From a virus, in the IMG/VR virus record IMGVR_UViG_3300009164_005114, positions 1 through 64,000 of that record: a stretch of DNA of 64,000 nt; one strand, 5' to 3'. Below the pieces are notes generated by a model. It searched no databases. It saw only the letters and a program-made list of their open reading frames with translations, and was not told the origin of the DNA. A program made the position numbers and the translations under genes. Below, one piece after another: positions 11,401-21,203 of this stretch (positions within the stretch are counted from its first letter, which is position 1; each line of letters starts with the position of its first letter).

Positions 11401-14400
11401 GAGATAAAGTCACAATACCGTTTAATGATGGTAATGTATTTTTAACATAAGGATTAAATTGTATTGGGTCTGTAATTGTATTAGTACCTCCATTATAAGC
11501 TAAGAATGAATCAACAACTCTTCTTTTATAATTTGCGGGGTTACCATATTTTAACACAACATCATATTCTAAGAATGATTTTATTGTATTAGAAAATGAG
11601 GTTAATTGAGTATTACCAAGTGTTTTAAAATAATCACCAGTTGATAATCCATTATTTCCATTAACCGACATCAAACTTCTAAATAAGTATTGGAAGTTTT
11701 TAAAGATTGCATTATTGTCAACAGGAGAAGCCCCGATTGGAACAACAACTTGCGGACCTAAATCAATATCTGCAACAGGTTTACTAAAGTTTAAGAATTC
11801 CTGTTCAAATTTATCTAAAATACTTTTATCAAAAACTGAAAATATTTCTTCAATATTAGAATATTCGTCATCAATCAATAATTTAAAAGACGATTGTTTT
11901 GTATTACCTGTTAAAATTTTATTAACATATGAATCAGGTTTTGGCTTAGTTATTTGGTCATTATTAAAATAACCATAATTTGGTGCACTCCACAATAATC
12001 TAACAGAACCATTATAAATTGATGGATTATCTAAGAATGGACATATAGGTATATTATTAATTAAACATTCAGTATTTACTTGGTTAATTTGTGAACCAAA
12101 TGAAGGTACTATATAATATTTTTCACTTGTGGTATTTTGGTTTGGTGAACATGCGTTAGGATTTGCCAATATATCTTGAATTCCGTTAGGTAAAATTACA
12201 GACCAAGTTTGCATTGTTGAGAAGTTTTGAGACCCAGCAAGTCCTATTGGTAATGACGAGTTAATATTTGAATCAGTAAAATTATATACTTTAACACCCC
12301 CATCAATACTCGTTTGTATTTCAGTGTCGGTATATCCACTATATAAATCATAACCATTATAAAAAACATTAAAGTCGTTAATTACTTTAGGATAAAAACC
12401 TGTTTGTATTTTTGATATGTTGTTACCATATTCTTGTAATGTAATTTTCTTTTCACCATCAAATTTAAACGAATATGTTTTTGTATCCGCACTTGTTATA
12501 GGGTCAAAGTTTGTTTTATAATCAAAATTTTTCCAAGCACTTTCTAAAATATCAATACCTGTAGATTTGTAGGTTTTATATCTAAACCAAATAGAACCTA
12601 ACTTTAACATCCAAGCATATGGAATTTTATGAATAGCCCCAAACTTTTTAAAACAAGATGCAATATAATCTAAATCACCTGACGCACCATTTGTTTTATA
12701 CCTTTCTTTTAAGGTTGCTAATGGTAATGCATTTATGAAAAGGTATGCTGCCTGTACATAAGGATATTTGTCTTTTTTTCTCCAATTATAAACACCATTT
12801 TGTATCGCATTTATCAGATACGGAGTGTTTAACATTGTTGTAGTTGTTTCTGTTGTTATGTTAGTTATTGGTCTAATATGACTAACATAACCTTCTGTTG
12901 GTATAAAAATTTCAGGATTTTTTCTGGTGTCATAAAATACTGTTAGATTTGTTGCAACAATTTCAGTGGTTGGATTTGAAACTTTCAAATATGAAAAATT
13001 TGTAACAGGCCTATTAGTTGTATAATCGTACACACTTTCAAAGTTTGAAATTACCGTTCTTGGTTTAAAAACTTTTAAAACATTTGTTGTATTATAAACC
13101 GAATCTCTTGAACTACTATCACTTAAACTCATATTACCCGAAACCCATGTTGGGTTAGTAAACGGATATGTATCAATAATTAAAGGTGTGTTACTTGCAG
13201 ATTTAACTAATTGTTCTAAAGCCTCAGATTTAGTACTTAGTTGTGGTTCTTTACCTAAATCACCAATACTTAAAATATTAAAAGAATTTTCTGTAATATT
13301 TTTTATATAAGGTGTAACATAAAAATCTCTAATAAATTCTTGGTACGCCCTACCTGTACCTTGGTTTGAAAAATTTTCCAAACTGGCTTTGTAATTCTCT
13401 GCAGTTAAATTATAGTTTTTTAACTTCAAAGTTAAATAAGGTGAGCTTACCCCTAAACTTGTAACAATATTACTTGTTTCTGAACTAAGTACTAAATTTG
13501 TTAATTGATTTAGTTGATTAGAATTTGCCCTAATAAAACCATTATAGTTAGCGGTTAAAAATTGTCTTTCCCAAATCTCATAGAAAAATTTAATTTCTTC
13601 TTTATTAAGATATGCAATACCTGTTGAAGGGTATTCAATAGCATTTAAATTAATAATGTTTGTAGTTGATTGGCTATCTGTTGGAACCGCAGCAATTGGT
13701 GGATTAAACTTTTGAGTTAATCCTCTCATATATTCTTCAACAAATTCTACTTCAGGCCATTTGTCATATAAATAACCTTTAGTTAAATTAACAACTGATG
13801 GGTCTGCAATATATTTTAATTGGAATCTACCCTTTTTATCATTAGGTGTTTCAACAAAAAACTGAGGCCAAGGGTATACAGGTATTTGAGCAGTTGATAA
13901 CCCTTGATTTTCATTTAAAGATTTTTGACTTATATTAAGGTTATCTCTTGTATCTGTACCAGGCGCTGAAGATGTGTTATCTAATATCGCACTTTTTCTA
14001 ACAGGGTCATATTTTACATTCCAAGCGGTTGTATGTGTATCATCTAACAATCTAATAAACGCCTCGGCTGACGCCATAATAACTGCACAAATATTTCTAA
14101 CTGTAGGTTTAAATCCAAATCCAATTGTCGTGTCTTCAATTTTTTTAGCAAAATCTGCGGTTAATGCAGTTTCATATTGAGTTAATTGTCTATTTGCTTC
14201 TGCCTCCATTTGGCGAATTAATTCTTCAAATCTTGGAGTTCCGTTAAAAGCTCCTGTCGTGGTTGCAAAAGTAAACAAAGGGCTAAAAACAAGATTACCT
14301 GATTTATTTGTGTCGTCTGTTGCCAATTTTTCCATTGTTGGTTTTAAAACTCCCTCCAAATAAATTTTAACTGAATTTGTATCTGCAGTTGTTGGAGATA

Positions 14401-15829
14401 ATATTCCAAGTTGTTCAACTGTAGTTTTTTCCAAATCAATATCATCCAAAACAACATTAATTAACATTGTATCGTTTGTAATACTATTTTTAACTGGTGA
14501 TGGTCCCGTTAATCCTAAAGTAGGATTTTCCGCCAGCAATTTATTATACTCAGTAGTATACCCACTTAACAATGTTTTTGCAGATTGTTTTGCCGTTGGG
14601 TCTTTTAATATGTTATCTTTAAAAGTAAAAACGTAAGATTTATCTTTTAATACTATTGGCTTTGGGTTTAAGTATGTATTGAACCAAGACTTTTCACCAC
14701 CATAAACATCGTTATAATAATTTTGTAATGTTTCTTTATATGTTCTAATGTTTGTTAAAGGTTCAACATCTACTTTAGTGTAAGAATTAATTACTGTTTG
14801 CTCAAAAGTTTCAAGTTTATTCATTAATTGAGCAAATGTTATTTCAGGAAAATCAGGAGCGATTAATCCTTTGGCTTTGTATTCACTATAAACTTCAACA
14901 ACTTTTTGGTAACCTTTCTCACTAACAATTTGAGTGACTACGTTGTTTGAACTATTTGTAGATTCTTTTGATATTGCACCTGTTTGTTTTGTTCCAGATT
15001 CAACATTTTTATTTGGAGCTTCAGATGAAGTAGTTGATTTAGAAATATCAAATCTTGTACTGTACATGTGTGGGGCAGCAAGTAAATGACCCATTGAAAT
15101 CTCGTTAAGTATGTTAAATTTGTATCCAATAAATTCTAACGTAACTTGGTAGTTACCACTAAACGAATTAAACCTAGCATTAAATGTTTTTAGATTTAGT
15201 TGATACTTTACCGCTTGACCATAATAACCTTTTAGTGTTAAATAAAATGGACAATATGGTAAATTAAAAAAGGCTGCGTATGGTGAATTATCTCCTAATT
15301 GGAATAGAGCTCTACCTTGAATATCTTCTAATTCCATTGTAACTGTTGGAATAAATGAAGTGTTTGTTGTTACATTAATATTTGTAATACCTAACAATCC
15401 GTTATCTGTTGAGGTATTACCAGGATTATTAACCGTTACTTTTTGATACGGTTTGGTACCGTCATTTGGGTCAATGTTTTGAATATTTAATTGATTATCA
15501 CCTAATCCATTTACAGAGTTCTTTCCCGTTAATTCATCGTAATAACCTGTGGTTAAGTTTGTACCTTCGGTTGGTCTTAAGAAATTCATTTTAGCAACCG
15601 ATACAATCCTAATTCTATCTTCAGGACTTCCACCTACAGATAGTTTAGTTCTTGGTACAACTTCAGCTTCAAGGTTGGCATACATAACCAATTTTTCATG
15701 GTCAACCAATCTTTCACGAATATTTCCGAAAGCATCAATAGTCTTGTTTGGGTCAACAACAATAATATTATTGTAGTCAAACTCAACTAATATGTTTCCA
15801 CTGTTGTCTCCTGGTGTGTTACCTGCCAT
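8468..15829 (-). CDS. Giant baseplate hub-like protein with C-terminal IPT/TIG (Ig-like) domain
   Basis: Hub/gpD-like motif CNVVCLGNALLQPTMYFNL...GPYMITEVKHSI...FQTSFNGIR; IPT motif PTITSFSPLTGVTGTILTISG; position in the tail module. Confidence 0.7.
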   Translation of the reverse strand: MAGNTPGDNSGNILVEFDYNNIIVVDPNKTIDAFGNIRERLVDHEKLVMYANLEAEVVPRTKLSVGGSPEDRIRIVSVAKMNFLRPTEGTNLTTGYYDELTGKNSVNGLGDNQLNIQNIDPNDGTKPYQKVTVNNPGNTSTDNGLLGITNINVTTNTSFIPTVTMELEDIQGRALFQLGDNSPYAAFFNLPYCPFYLTLKGYYGQAVKYQLNLKTFNARFNSFSGNYQVTLEFIGYKFNILNEISMGHLLAAPHMYSTRFDISKSTTSSEAPNKNVESGTKQTGAISKESTNSSNNVVTQIVSEKGYQKVVEVYSEYKAKGLIAPDFPEITFAQLMNKLETFEQTVINSYTKVDVEPLTNIRTYKETLQNYYNDVYGGEKSWFNTYLNPKPIVLKDKSYVFTFKDNILKDPTAKQSAKTLLSGYTTEYNKLLAENPTLGLTGPSPVKNSITNDTMLINVVLDDIDLEKTTVEQLGILSPTTADTNSVKIYLEGVLKPTMEKLATDDTNKSGNLVFSPLFTFATTTGAFNGTPRFEELIRQMEAEANRQLTQYETALTADFAKKIEDTTIGFGFKPTVRNICAVIMASAEAFIRLLDDTHTTAWNVKYDPVRKSAILDNTSSAPGTDTRDNLNISQKSLNENQGLSTAQIPVYPWPQFFVETPNDKKGRFQLKYIADPSVVNLTKGYLYDKWPEVEFVEEYMRGLTQKFNPPIAAVPTDSQSTTNIINLNAIEYPSTGIAYLNKEEIKFFYEIWERQFLTANYNGFIRANSNQLNQLTNLVLSSETSNIVTSLGVSSPYLTLKLKNYNLTAENYKASLENFSNQGTGRAYQEFIRDFYVTPYIKNITENSFNILSIGDLGKEPQLSTKSEALEQLVKSASNTPLIIDTYPFTNPTWVSGNMSLSDSSSRDSVYNTTNVLKVFKPRTVISNFESVYDYTTNRPVTNFSYLKVSNPTTEIVATNLTVFYDTRKNPEIFIPTEGYVSHIRPITNITTETTTTMLNTPYLINAIQNGVYNWRKKDKYPYVQAAYLFINALPLATLKERYKTNGASGDLDYIASCFKKFGAIHKIPYAWMLKLGSIWFRYKTYKSTGIDILESAWKNFDYKTNFDPITSADTKTYSFKFDGEKKITLQEYGNNISKIQTGFYPKVINDFNVFYNGYDLYSGYTDTEIQTSIDGGVKVYNFTDSNINSSLPIGLAGSQNFSTMQTWSVILPNGIQDILANPNACSPNQNTTSEKYYIVPSFGSQINQVNTECLINNIPICPFLDNPSIYNGSVRLLWSAPNYGYFNNDQITKPKPDSYVNKILTGNTKQSSFKLLIDDEYSNIEEIFSVFDKSILDKFEQEFLNFSKPVADIDLGPQVVVPIGASPVDNNAIFKNFQYLFRSLMSVNGNNGLSTGDYFKTLGNTQLTSFSNTIKSFLEYDVVLKYGNPANYKRRVVDSFLAYNGGTNTITDPIQFNPYVKNTLPSLNGIVTLSQSKAAFPNEWLALETEVGFSTITNLKYTDQGSYITDFFIDNNIQFTVDNIVLCSQLIKQYATQKLYTPTIDSTEFKTRLQTYFNGTTELQNIFLNQILTKIRLELPDQQELPEKTIQSVIDGQQSKVENYEMFKALNDKWIAGGDFTTKTLFEDILFLDRASRNIGDTIIIDIFALKETLLGNKTVEESSLNMDMSVFTFMSGLLIKNKFNVMPLPAYVNFYNVQDADGTVLSQTAEGSLQFADNMWGTFLDVDYRKSGPKMICFYAGLPSAYLDLPKGNSRFRDDAFEMRRASENPLIENQIGKKDWALSNRCVGFNVDIGIRNQNIFYSFNVSMDSGKATSESINTQLNMVNQASGRNVATQNVGLYNLYKQRSYQCNVVCLGNALLQPTMYFNLRHVPMFNGPYMITEVKHSISAGQFQTSFNGIRQGIYDLPSIDNYLQSINQNLLSQIESVINKKDNVTGKAITNVNKSALLTQQGDNTAAATNTCTNNLDSNYSTWGDFVKSETISLTPSELVTEIQKKTTNTNLQVLIYILCYVKTFNKDKFYGYNNNFANVALNVYYGAATKYFIQKQSSCVNIPNSTGTPTSQPIANFKDIGSFIDFMIARLTPNLNRIYYGENGNAPLGISKYYVCYWPKADVAESYYDSNLDQYKKLEKTLKDAYKSAGDAQLNTESAKSIRTADQTQKQKIANIYAGVTGATNNINTTTTVVTTCPPPTITSFSPLTGVTGTILTISGKHLDTITGITINNVTTTTGITINNPTNIVVLVPFSNTNVSQNNTITVKTENGNAVSTTNFTYNPNQTSPAQPTVIPGSPPNVNSNPQQTGPIVLTANTTYNLVGSAMNMYVGINPASGTWNITKQYTEWTWKAVKLVPGPNNTFVEEVVGSGDYSRELEDYVSNDKQYFNITALGILDIVKQDIDNDEEYNKINKIYNKISLMATSPNKYVKFNTTNNPNDVIPDAYQTFPFTIKLS

Positions 15830-16142
15830 AATAATAAAAATAATCAGCTAAAGCCGCTTTATAGTCTTGTAATGAAGGTAGTAGAGGATAAGGAATAATC
15901 AATACCGCACCATCATATATGTAGTTCTCTAACCCACCAAATTGTGGATTTGCCTGTAATATTAACCAACCAAAATATGGTGAATTATAATACTCTTGAG
16001 ATACAACATCTAATCTACTTCTAGCAACTTTATATATGTAGGATTTATCTGTTGGCTTTTGAGGTATTGGTACAAAAGGCACAACAGTTTGTTCCCCATT
16101 AATGAGAAAGTCACTATATCTATTCCAATATTGATACGCCAT
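15819..16142 (-). CDS. Baseplate LysM / gp53 / tail-X-like protein
   Basis: RLDVVSQEYYNSPYFGWLILQANP...GAVLIIP. Confidence 0.75.
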   Translation of the reverse strand: MAYQYWNRYSDFLINGEQTVVPFVPIPQKPTDKSYIYKVARSRLDVVSQEYYNSPYFGWLILQANPQFGGLENYIYDGAVLIIPYPLLPSLQDYKAALADYFYYYGR

Positions 16143-19100
16143 TAGTTAAGTTTTGCTTTTGATATATATACATCGTTTGATATTTCATCATTCCATGTTT
16201 TATTATTTGTGTTTTGATTTTGAGTCGCACCTAAACCTTTAATTAACGCAACTTGTCCGTCAGAATTAGCTCCTTCAGTTGTATAACTAAACATTCTTTT
16301 CTTAGTTGAGTATGGTGTGTACTTTAAGAAATCTTTTAGTTTTTCTTTTTCCATATAAGTTATAAACTCTTTAGTAATACTATTTTCTTCAACAAAGGCT
16401 GGTTTAGCAATTTTATCCCAATACGCATCAAACACTTCACTTATATTATCGGAACCTTTACCAATAATACCTGTATTGTTAATTATATTACCAATCATCG
16501 CATTTTTAAAGGTTTGATATTTTTTATCATCAACCACATCATCAGAAACAATCATATAAACTCTTCTAAATGTAAAACTACTGTTACCATCAAATAAGGG
16601 TAATCTACTAAACGGAACAAACACTTCTTGACCTGCAGGTAACTTATAAGGTGATTCAAAAACTAAAATACCACTATATGTTTGTTTGTTTCCTGTATAT
16701 GTAAAACTATTAGTACTCATAGTAACCGCATTAAATGCCGTTATACCACTTTTAATTTTTTTAATATCATTAACTAATTCAATTAAAGTGTCCGAAGCAC
16801 CTTGTGAATTTGTATCAACCTCTGTTGTCGGTAATAAAACAAAACTTCTAACCGTACCATTTTTTTGTTGGTATCCGTCAGTACCTGTACCAGTTTTTCC
16901 TGGTGCGAAATATGGAACAGTATTAGCTCTTGCAATATACCCAATATAACTTTGTTGTACATTTACCATACTTTGAGTTATGTTAGTTACCGCATTTTGA
17001 TAAGTTCCTTTTTTATTCTTAACAATTGATGAGTAATTTTCTTTAACTTGATTAATTAGTCTTGATGAAAAGTTTTTAGATGGGTTTGAAATAAATTGTA
17101 TAAACCCTTCGTTACCCGCCTTAATATCGGTAATCAATTGTTCAAATATTGTATCAATTCTTTTTTCAGTGTTATATGGTTTACCAAATAAAACTGTTTG
17201 TGGGGTATCATTTTCCACAATCATAAATTTACCATCAGTATAAGTTCTTTCTAACATCCATTGTTGACGTAAGGCGTTATTATATTGATTGACCGTCTCT
17301 CTATTTTTATTTACAACATTTGTAAAATACGTTTGAGTTTCATCACGTAATTTGTCCATGAAAGTACTATAACTTATAGTTCCAGTCTGTCCTGTTTCAA
17401 CAATATTATTAGTAATAATAGTACCAATAGTAGTTTCATTTGTTTGTCCGTTGTTTGGTTGCGCTTGGTTAACAGTTGGTGGTGCAATATTGTTAGCCGC
17501 TGCAAATTGTAAGAAATCTTTATCAATTACTTTATAACTTGTATCCGTAGGGTCTGCTCTATCGTCATAAATTTCAGTATTTGCATAATAATTAAACGTT
17601 AACGCATTTTGTAGTTTATCAACAGATTCTTTTAATCCACTACCACCAACAAAATTAAATGAAAGGGTAACATTTGCAATCATAGGTTGAACACCAATAC
17701 CTTCAGGATTCAAATCCAATGACTCATATTGGAAACTTAAGTTAGTTGGAATAATTTTAGTATTATAAAAATCCCCAACTCTTAATACTAATACTGGCGG
17801 TGCACCAAAAGCTGTGTTGGTTGCGTTGTTATATTGTAAAATTGGTTTACCACCAACACTACCTTTAACTGTAGGTATTGTGTCTCCAGGTCTCATACAT
17901 TGTTGTAAGAATGTTAACCTTGAGTTAAGACCTTCGGGCGTAATTGAGTGAAATGCTGGTTGGAAAAATTTTAATTTATCTCTAAGATTATCATAAACCA
18001 TAGGAGTCTCCTCTTTTATGGTTTCAAAATAATCACATTCAGATAATAAAGCCCTTAAAACTCTTTTACTAATATTATCCTTAGGTACTACTACATTCTC
18101 AATAACAGGTTGTACTTCAGTTGTTGTAACAACATTACCTGTAACTACAGTTGTTTTTTTAGGGACAGGTTGTGGTTGAGGAGCACTCAATGTTGATTGT
18201 ATATCAGAAATATACGCTCTTCTACATGCCATTGCATTTGTTGTATATATTTCGTGAGAAACTGCTTGAGTATCCCCACCAACAGCTTTCCCATCATTAT
18301 CAGTACAGTTTACAGTTGTACCTGGCGACATTCCGTCAATTGAATATGGTTTTGACGCGGTTTTAGATTTTAAAGGTTGTGAGGATGTGTTTTCTCCAAA
18401 GTTTTTACCACTATTAACAATTAATCTTTTTTCTTTAATATATTGACTTGTACTTGAGTTTTCAGCAAAAAATCTAATAACAGAGTTAATTCTTCGTGTT
18501 GCCAATTCTTTATTATACGATTGTGTTGCAGGTGCAGAACAACTCGAATCTATAGTAATTGTTACAGTACCATCAGGATTATTTTTAAATTGTGATGCCA
18601 AGTCAATTGCCAACTGTTGTGCAATATCATAGTTAGGATTAACTACTGTATTATAAAATTCATCTAATTGAACCCCATTTGATTTTTTTGAATATGTTGG
18701 TTGTTCACCAATATATTCCGTATACATTTCAGTATAGTTTGGAGATGTTTTAGGTTTTGGATAATCATTTGAAAAATAAAATCCAATGTTTTTATATTTT
18801 GTAAAATAATCTTTGTTAGTACCTCCATCACCATTGTTACCAGCAACTTGTGGTATTGTAGTTACAGTACTAACAGCGTATTGCATTTGTTCTTTAGTAA
18901 CTTCTTTTGAAGAAATTGCTTGTTGAATTTGAAATAAATCGTTTGGACTAATAGTATAATATTTTTTAGCCAATTCGTATAAATCATATTTTCTACATCC
19001 CGCAAAGAATGAATCTAAAATACTATCAACTCTAACTTTATTAGTTTCATTTGCCAACACTTTATTAACAATAACATTTAATACTGACGGATGGTCAACA

Positions 19101-21160
19101 ACAATTTTCCAAGTTAAACTACCACTTCTACTTGTATTTTTATAGGTGTAGATTGGTTCAGGTCTTCCTAAGAAATCATTCGCATTCCAATTGGCAGTAA
19201 CTGTTTCACTAAATGTTAACCCATATGGAGGGAACCACATAACTCTACCACCGTTAGGTCCTCTTTCACAAACAGGTAAATCTGAAACAGAAAATCCTGG
19301 TGTATTTGAAGTTGCCCATGCTAAATTTTCTAATGAGAACATATATTTTTTAGCATAAGCATTATTATAACTTCCAATTAAATTTGTTGAGTCTTGACCC
19401 CCTTCTTGTTTGTTTGGAGCGATATTAAGATTATATGTTTTATCTAACACAGAATATGAAAATCTTCTACCTTCAGTTGTAATACCATCAGTTTTTTGAA
19501 GGTCATTATATTGAAGATACGGAATGTCTTTGGCAAATACTCTACAGTATTCAGTACCAACTTCTTGTCCAATTGCCCCAACATAAGTTAAAACTCTTGA
19601 ACCTTTTGTCATTTCAGTATATCCGTCATTGAATACTTTACTAACTTGGTCAATCGCATTACCAACATGTTGTAATCGTTTACCACCTTGTGGTTGGCTG
19701 TCAACAATTCTTTGTGTTTTATCAAGAATAGAACCTTGTTTAAATGTTCTTTCTGTTGATTCAGTTGAATTATATGATGATGGTTTAAAGTCAGAATCTT
19801 CTCTGATTATTTCACCACCAATACCAACTTTCTTACCAGCATTACCTTTGTATTTTGGTGACACCCATGTGAATCCACCTTCAATACCACCACCATTACT
19901 ATATGTCGGACCATTAGCACCTAAACGAATTTCTTTACTTGGACCTTCATATAGTTGAGCTAATTCTGATGGACCATAAACAGGAGATTGTTGTTCATTA
20001 CCAAATGAGTCAACAGGTAACGCTCTACTTGGTGAGAATACTCTTGAAGGGTCAGAACTTGTTGACCCAACATAAAAATTAGAATTATTTGTTTCTGTAC
20101 CAACAATAGCACCACCTAATCTATCAAGTAATGTTCTGTCGTAATTTGGCTTATATCTGTTGTAGTTAATATTTTTCCACAACAAAGATTTTTGCCCCGC
20201 ACCTGTATTGTTATAAAATATTTGTGTACCAGTCTTACCAGCACCTAATAAGTTACTTACAAAATTACCTGCTGCTGCAATTGGATTTGCAAGTAACGAT
20301 TGTCCAATTGTTGTTGGTTGTGCAGGGTTAACATTTGGGTCAAAATAAGAACCTGGAATTAATGAGAATGGAGCAACACTACCACCCAATCTAAGTAAGA
20401 AATCTGCAGATGCCGAAACAGGATTAGATGGAACTGTAATTTGATAATTTGGCTCAATTAAAGGAACATTACCTGTTAATATATTAACAAGATTAGTACT
20501 ACTGTTAACATTTAAAAAATTAGCACGACCTATTGTTTCTCTAATAATCGCTCTACCTATTCTTTCTTGAAACTCTTTCTTAAGTGTTTTTGCACCTAAT
20601 CGAGCAATATATGAATCCGCACTTAATAAACCATTACTACCTTGTGGGTCTGGATTTAATAAAATTGAAAGTGGTGTATAAGATGAAGGATTGATAATTG
20701 TTGGGTATGGTTGACCATTTGGTATTCTACCGCCATCAGGATATACAATTTCTAATGTTGTAACCGCTTCACCCGCATCAAAGGTATTACTTGTTGAGTA
20801 AGCATTAAGTGGTTTCCATATTTGTGTTGCAGCATATCCCGTATCAACAATATGAGCATCTTGTTGTCCAGGGCCATACTCCCCTTGATTTGAAGTTGTA
20901 TTTAAGTTACCACTAATATCTGGTGCCAATTCATATCCACCATCATTACCCCATCTATTTAGTGGGTATTGTTTGTCCGCAAAAAATGTAGTATCAATTA
21001 ATCCATCAGGACTATCAACTACCGCATAATCCGATTGAATCACCTCGTAAGTTGTAGGTGGCGTGGCGGGGTTAGGAGATTTAGCATAAGGTACTAAATT
21101 CCTGGTGATTAGTTTTTTTCTAAACCCCTCTGTGCTAATATAATCTAATGGACTCCCCAT
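16142..21160 (-). CDS. Large baseplate / tube-initiator-like protein with inserted OmpA-like domain
   Basis: FLGRPEPIYTYKNTSRS and PPVLVLRVGDFYNTKII...ANVTLSF flank ITIDSSCSAPATQSYNKELATRRINSV...CRRAYI. Confidence 0.65.
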   Translation of the reverse strand: MGSPLDYISTEGFRKKLITRNLVPYAKSPNPATPPTTYEVIQSDYAVVDSPDGLIDTTFFADKQYPLNRWGNDGGYELAPDISGNLNTTSNQGEYGPGQQDAHIVDTGYAATQIWKPLNAYSTSNTFDAGEAVTTLEIVYPDGGRIPNGQPYPTIINPSSYTPLSILLNPDPQGSNGLLSADSYIARLGAKTLKKEFQERIGRAIIRETIGRANFLNVNSSTNLVNILTGNVPLIEPNYQITVPSNPVSASADFLLRLGGSVAPFSLIPGSYFDPNVNPAQPTTIGQSLLANPIAAAGNFVSNLLGAGKTGTQIFYNNTGAGQKSLLWKNINYNRYKPNYDRTLLDRLGGAIVGTETNNSNFYVGSTSSDPSRVFSPSRALPVDSFGNEQQSPVYGPSELAQLYEGPSKEIRLGANGPTYSNGGGIEGGFTWVSPKYKGNAGKKVGIGGEIIREDSDFKPSSYNSTESTERTFKQGSILDKTQRIVDSQPQGGKRLQHVGNAIDQVSKVFNDGYTEMTKGSRVLTYVGAIGQEVGTEYCRVFAKDIPYLQYNDLQKTDGITTEGRRFSYSVLDKTYNLNIAPNKQEGGQDSTNLIGSYNNAYAKKYMFSLENLAWATSNTPGFSVSDLPVCERGPNGGRVMWFPPYGLTFSETVTANWNANDFLGRPEPIYTYKNTSRSGSLTWKIVVDHPSVLNVIVNKVLANETNKVRVDSILDSFFAGCRKYDLYELAKKYYTISPNDLFQIQQAISSKEVTKEQMQYAVSTVTTIPQVAGNNGDGGTNKDYFTKYKNIGFYFSNDYPKPKTSPNYTEMYTEYIGEQPTYSKKSNGVQLDEFYNTVVNPNYDIAQQLAIDLASQFKNNPDGTVTITIDSSCSAPATQSYNKELATRRINSVIRFFAENSSTSQYIKEKRLIVNSGKNFGENTSSQPLKSKTASKPYSIDGMSPGTTVNCTDNDGKAVGGDTQAVSHEIYTTNAMACRRAYISDIQSTLSAPQPQPVPKKTTVVTGNVVTTTEVQPVIENVVVPKDNISKRVLRALLSECDYFETIKEETPMVYDNLRDKLKFFQPAFHSITPEGLNSRLTFLQQCMRPGDTIPTVKGSVGGKPILQYNNATNTAFGAPPVLVLRVGDFYNTKIIPTNLSFQYESLDLNPEGIGVQPMIANVTLSFNFVGGSGLKESVDKLQNALTFNYYANTEIYDDRADPTDTSYKVIDKDFLQFAAANNIAPPTVNQAQPNNGQTNETTIGTIITNNIVETGQTGTISYSTFMDKLRDETQTYFTNVVNKNRETVNQYNNALRQQWMLERTYTDGKFMIVENDTPQTVLFGKPYNTEKRIDTIFEQLITDIKAGNEGFIQFISNPSKNFSSRLINQVKENYSSIVKNKKGTYQNAVTNITQSMVNVQQSYIGYIARANTVPYFAPGKTGTGTDGYQQKNGTVRSFVLLPTTEVDTNSQGASDTLIELVNDIKKIKSGITAFNAVTMSTNSFTYTGNKQTYSGILVFESPYKLPAGQEVFVPFSRLPLFDGNSSFTFRRVYMIVSDDVVDDKKYQTFKNAMIGNIINNTGIIGKGSDNISEVFDAYWDKIAKPAFVEENSITKEFITYMEKEKLKDFLKYTPYSTKKRMFSYTTEGANSDGQVALIKGLGATQNQNTNNKTWNDEISNDVYISKAKLN

Positions 21161-21203
21161 TTATACTTTTCTTAATAAATAGGTTAAAGGTAATTTTTTA
21201 TCA

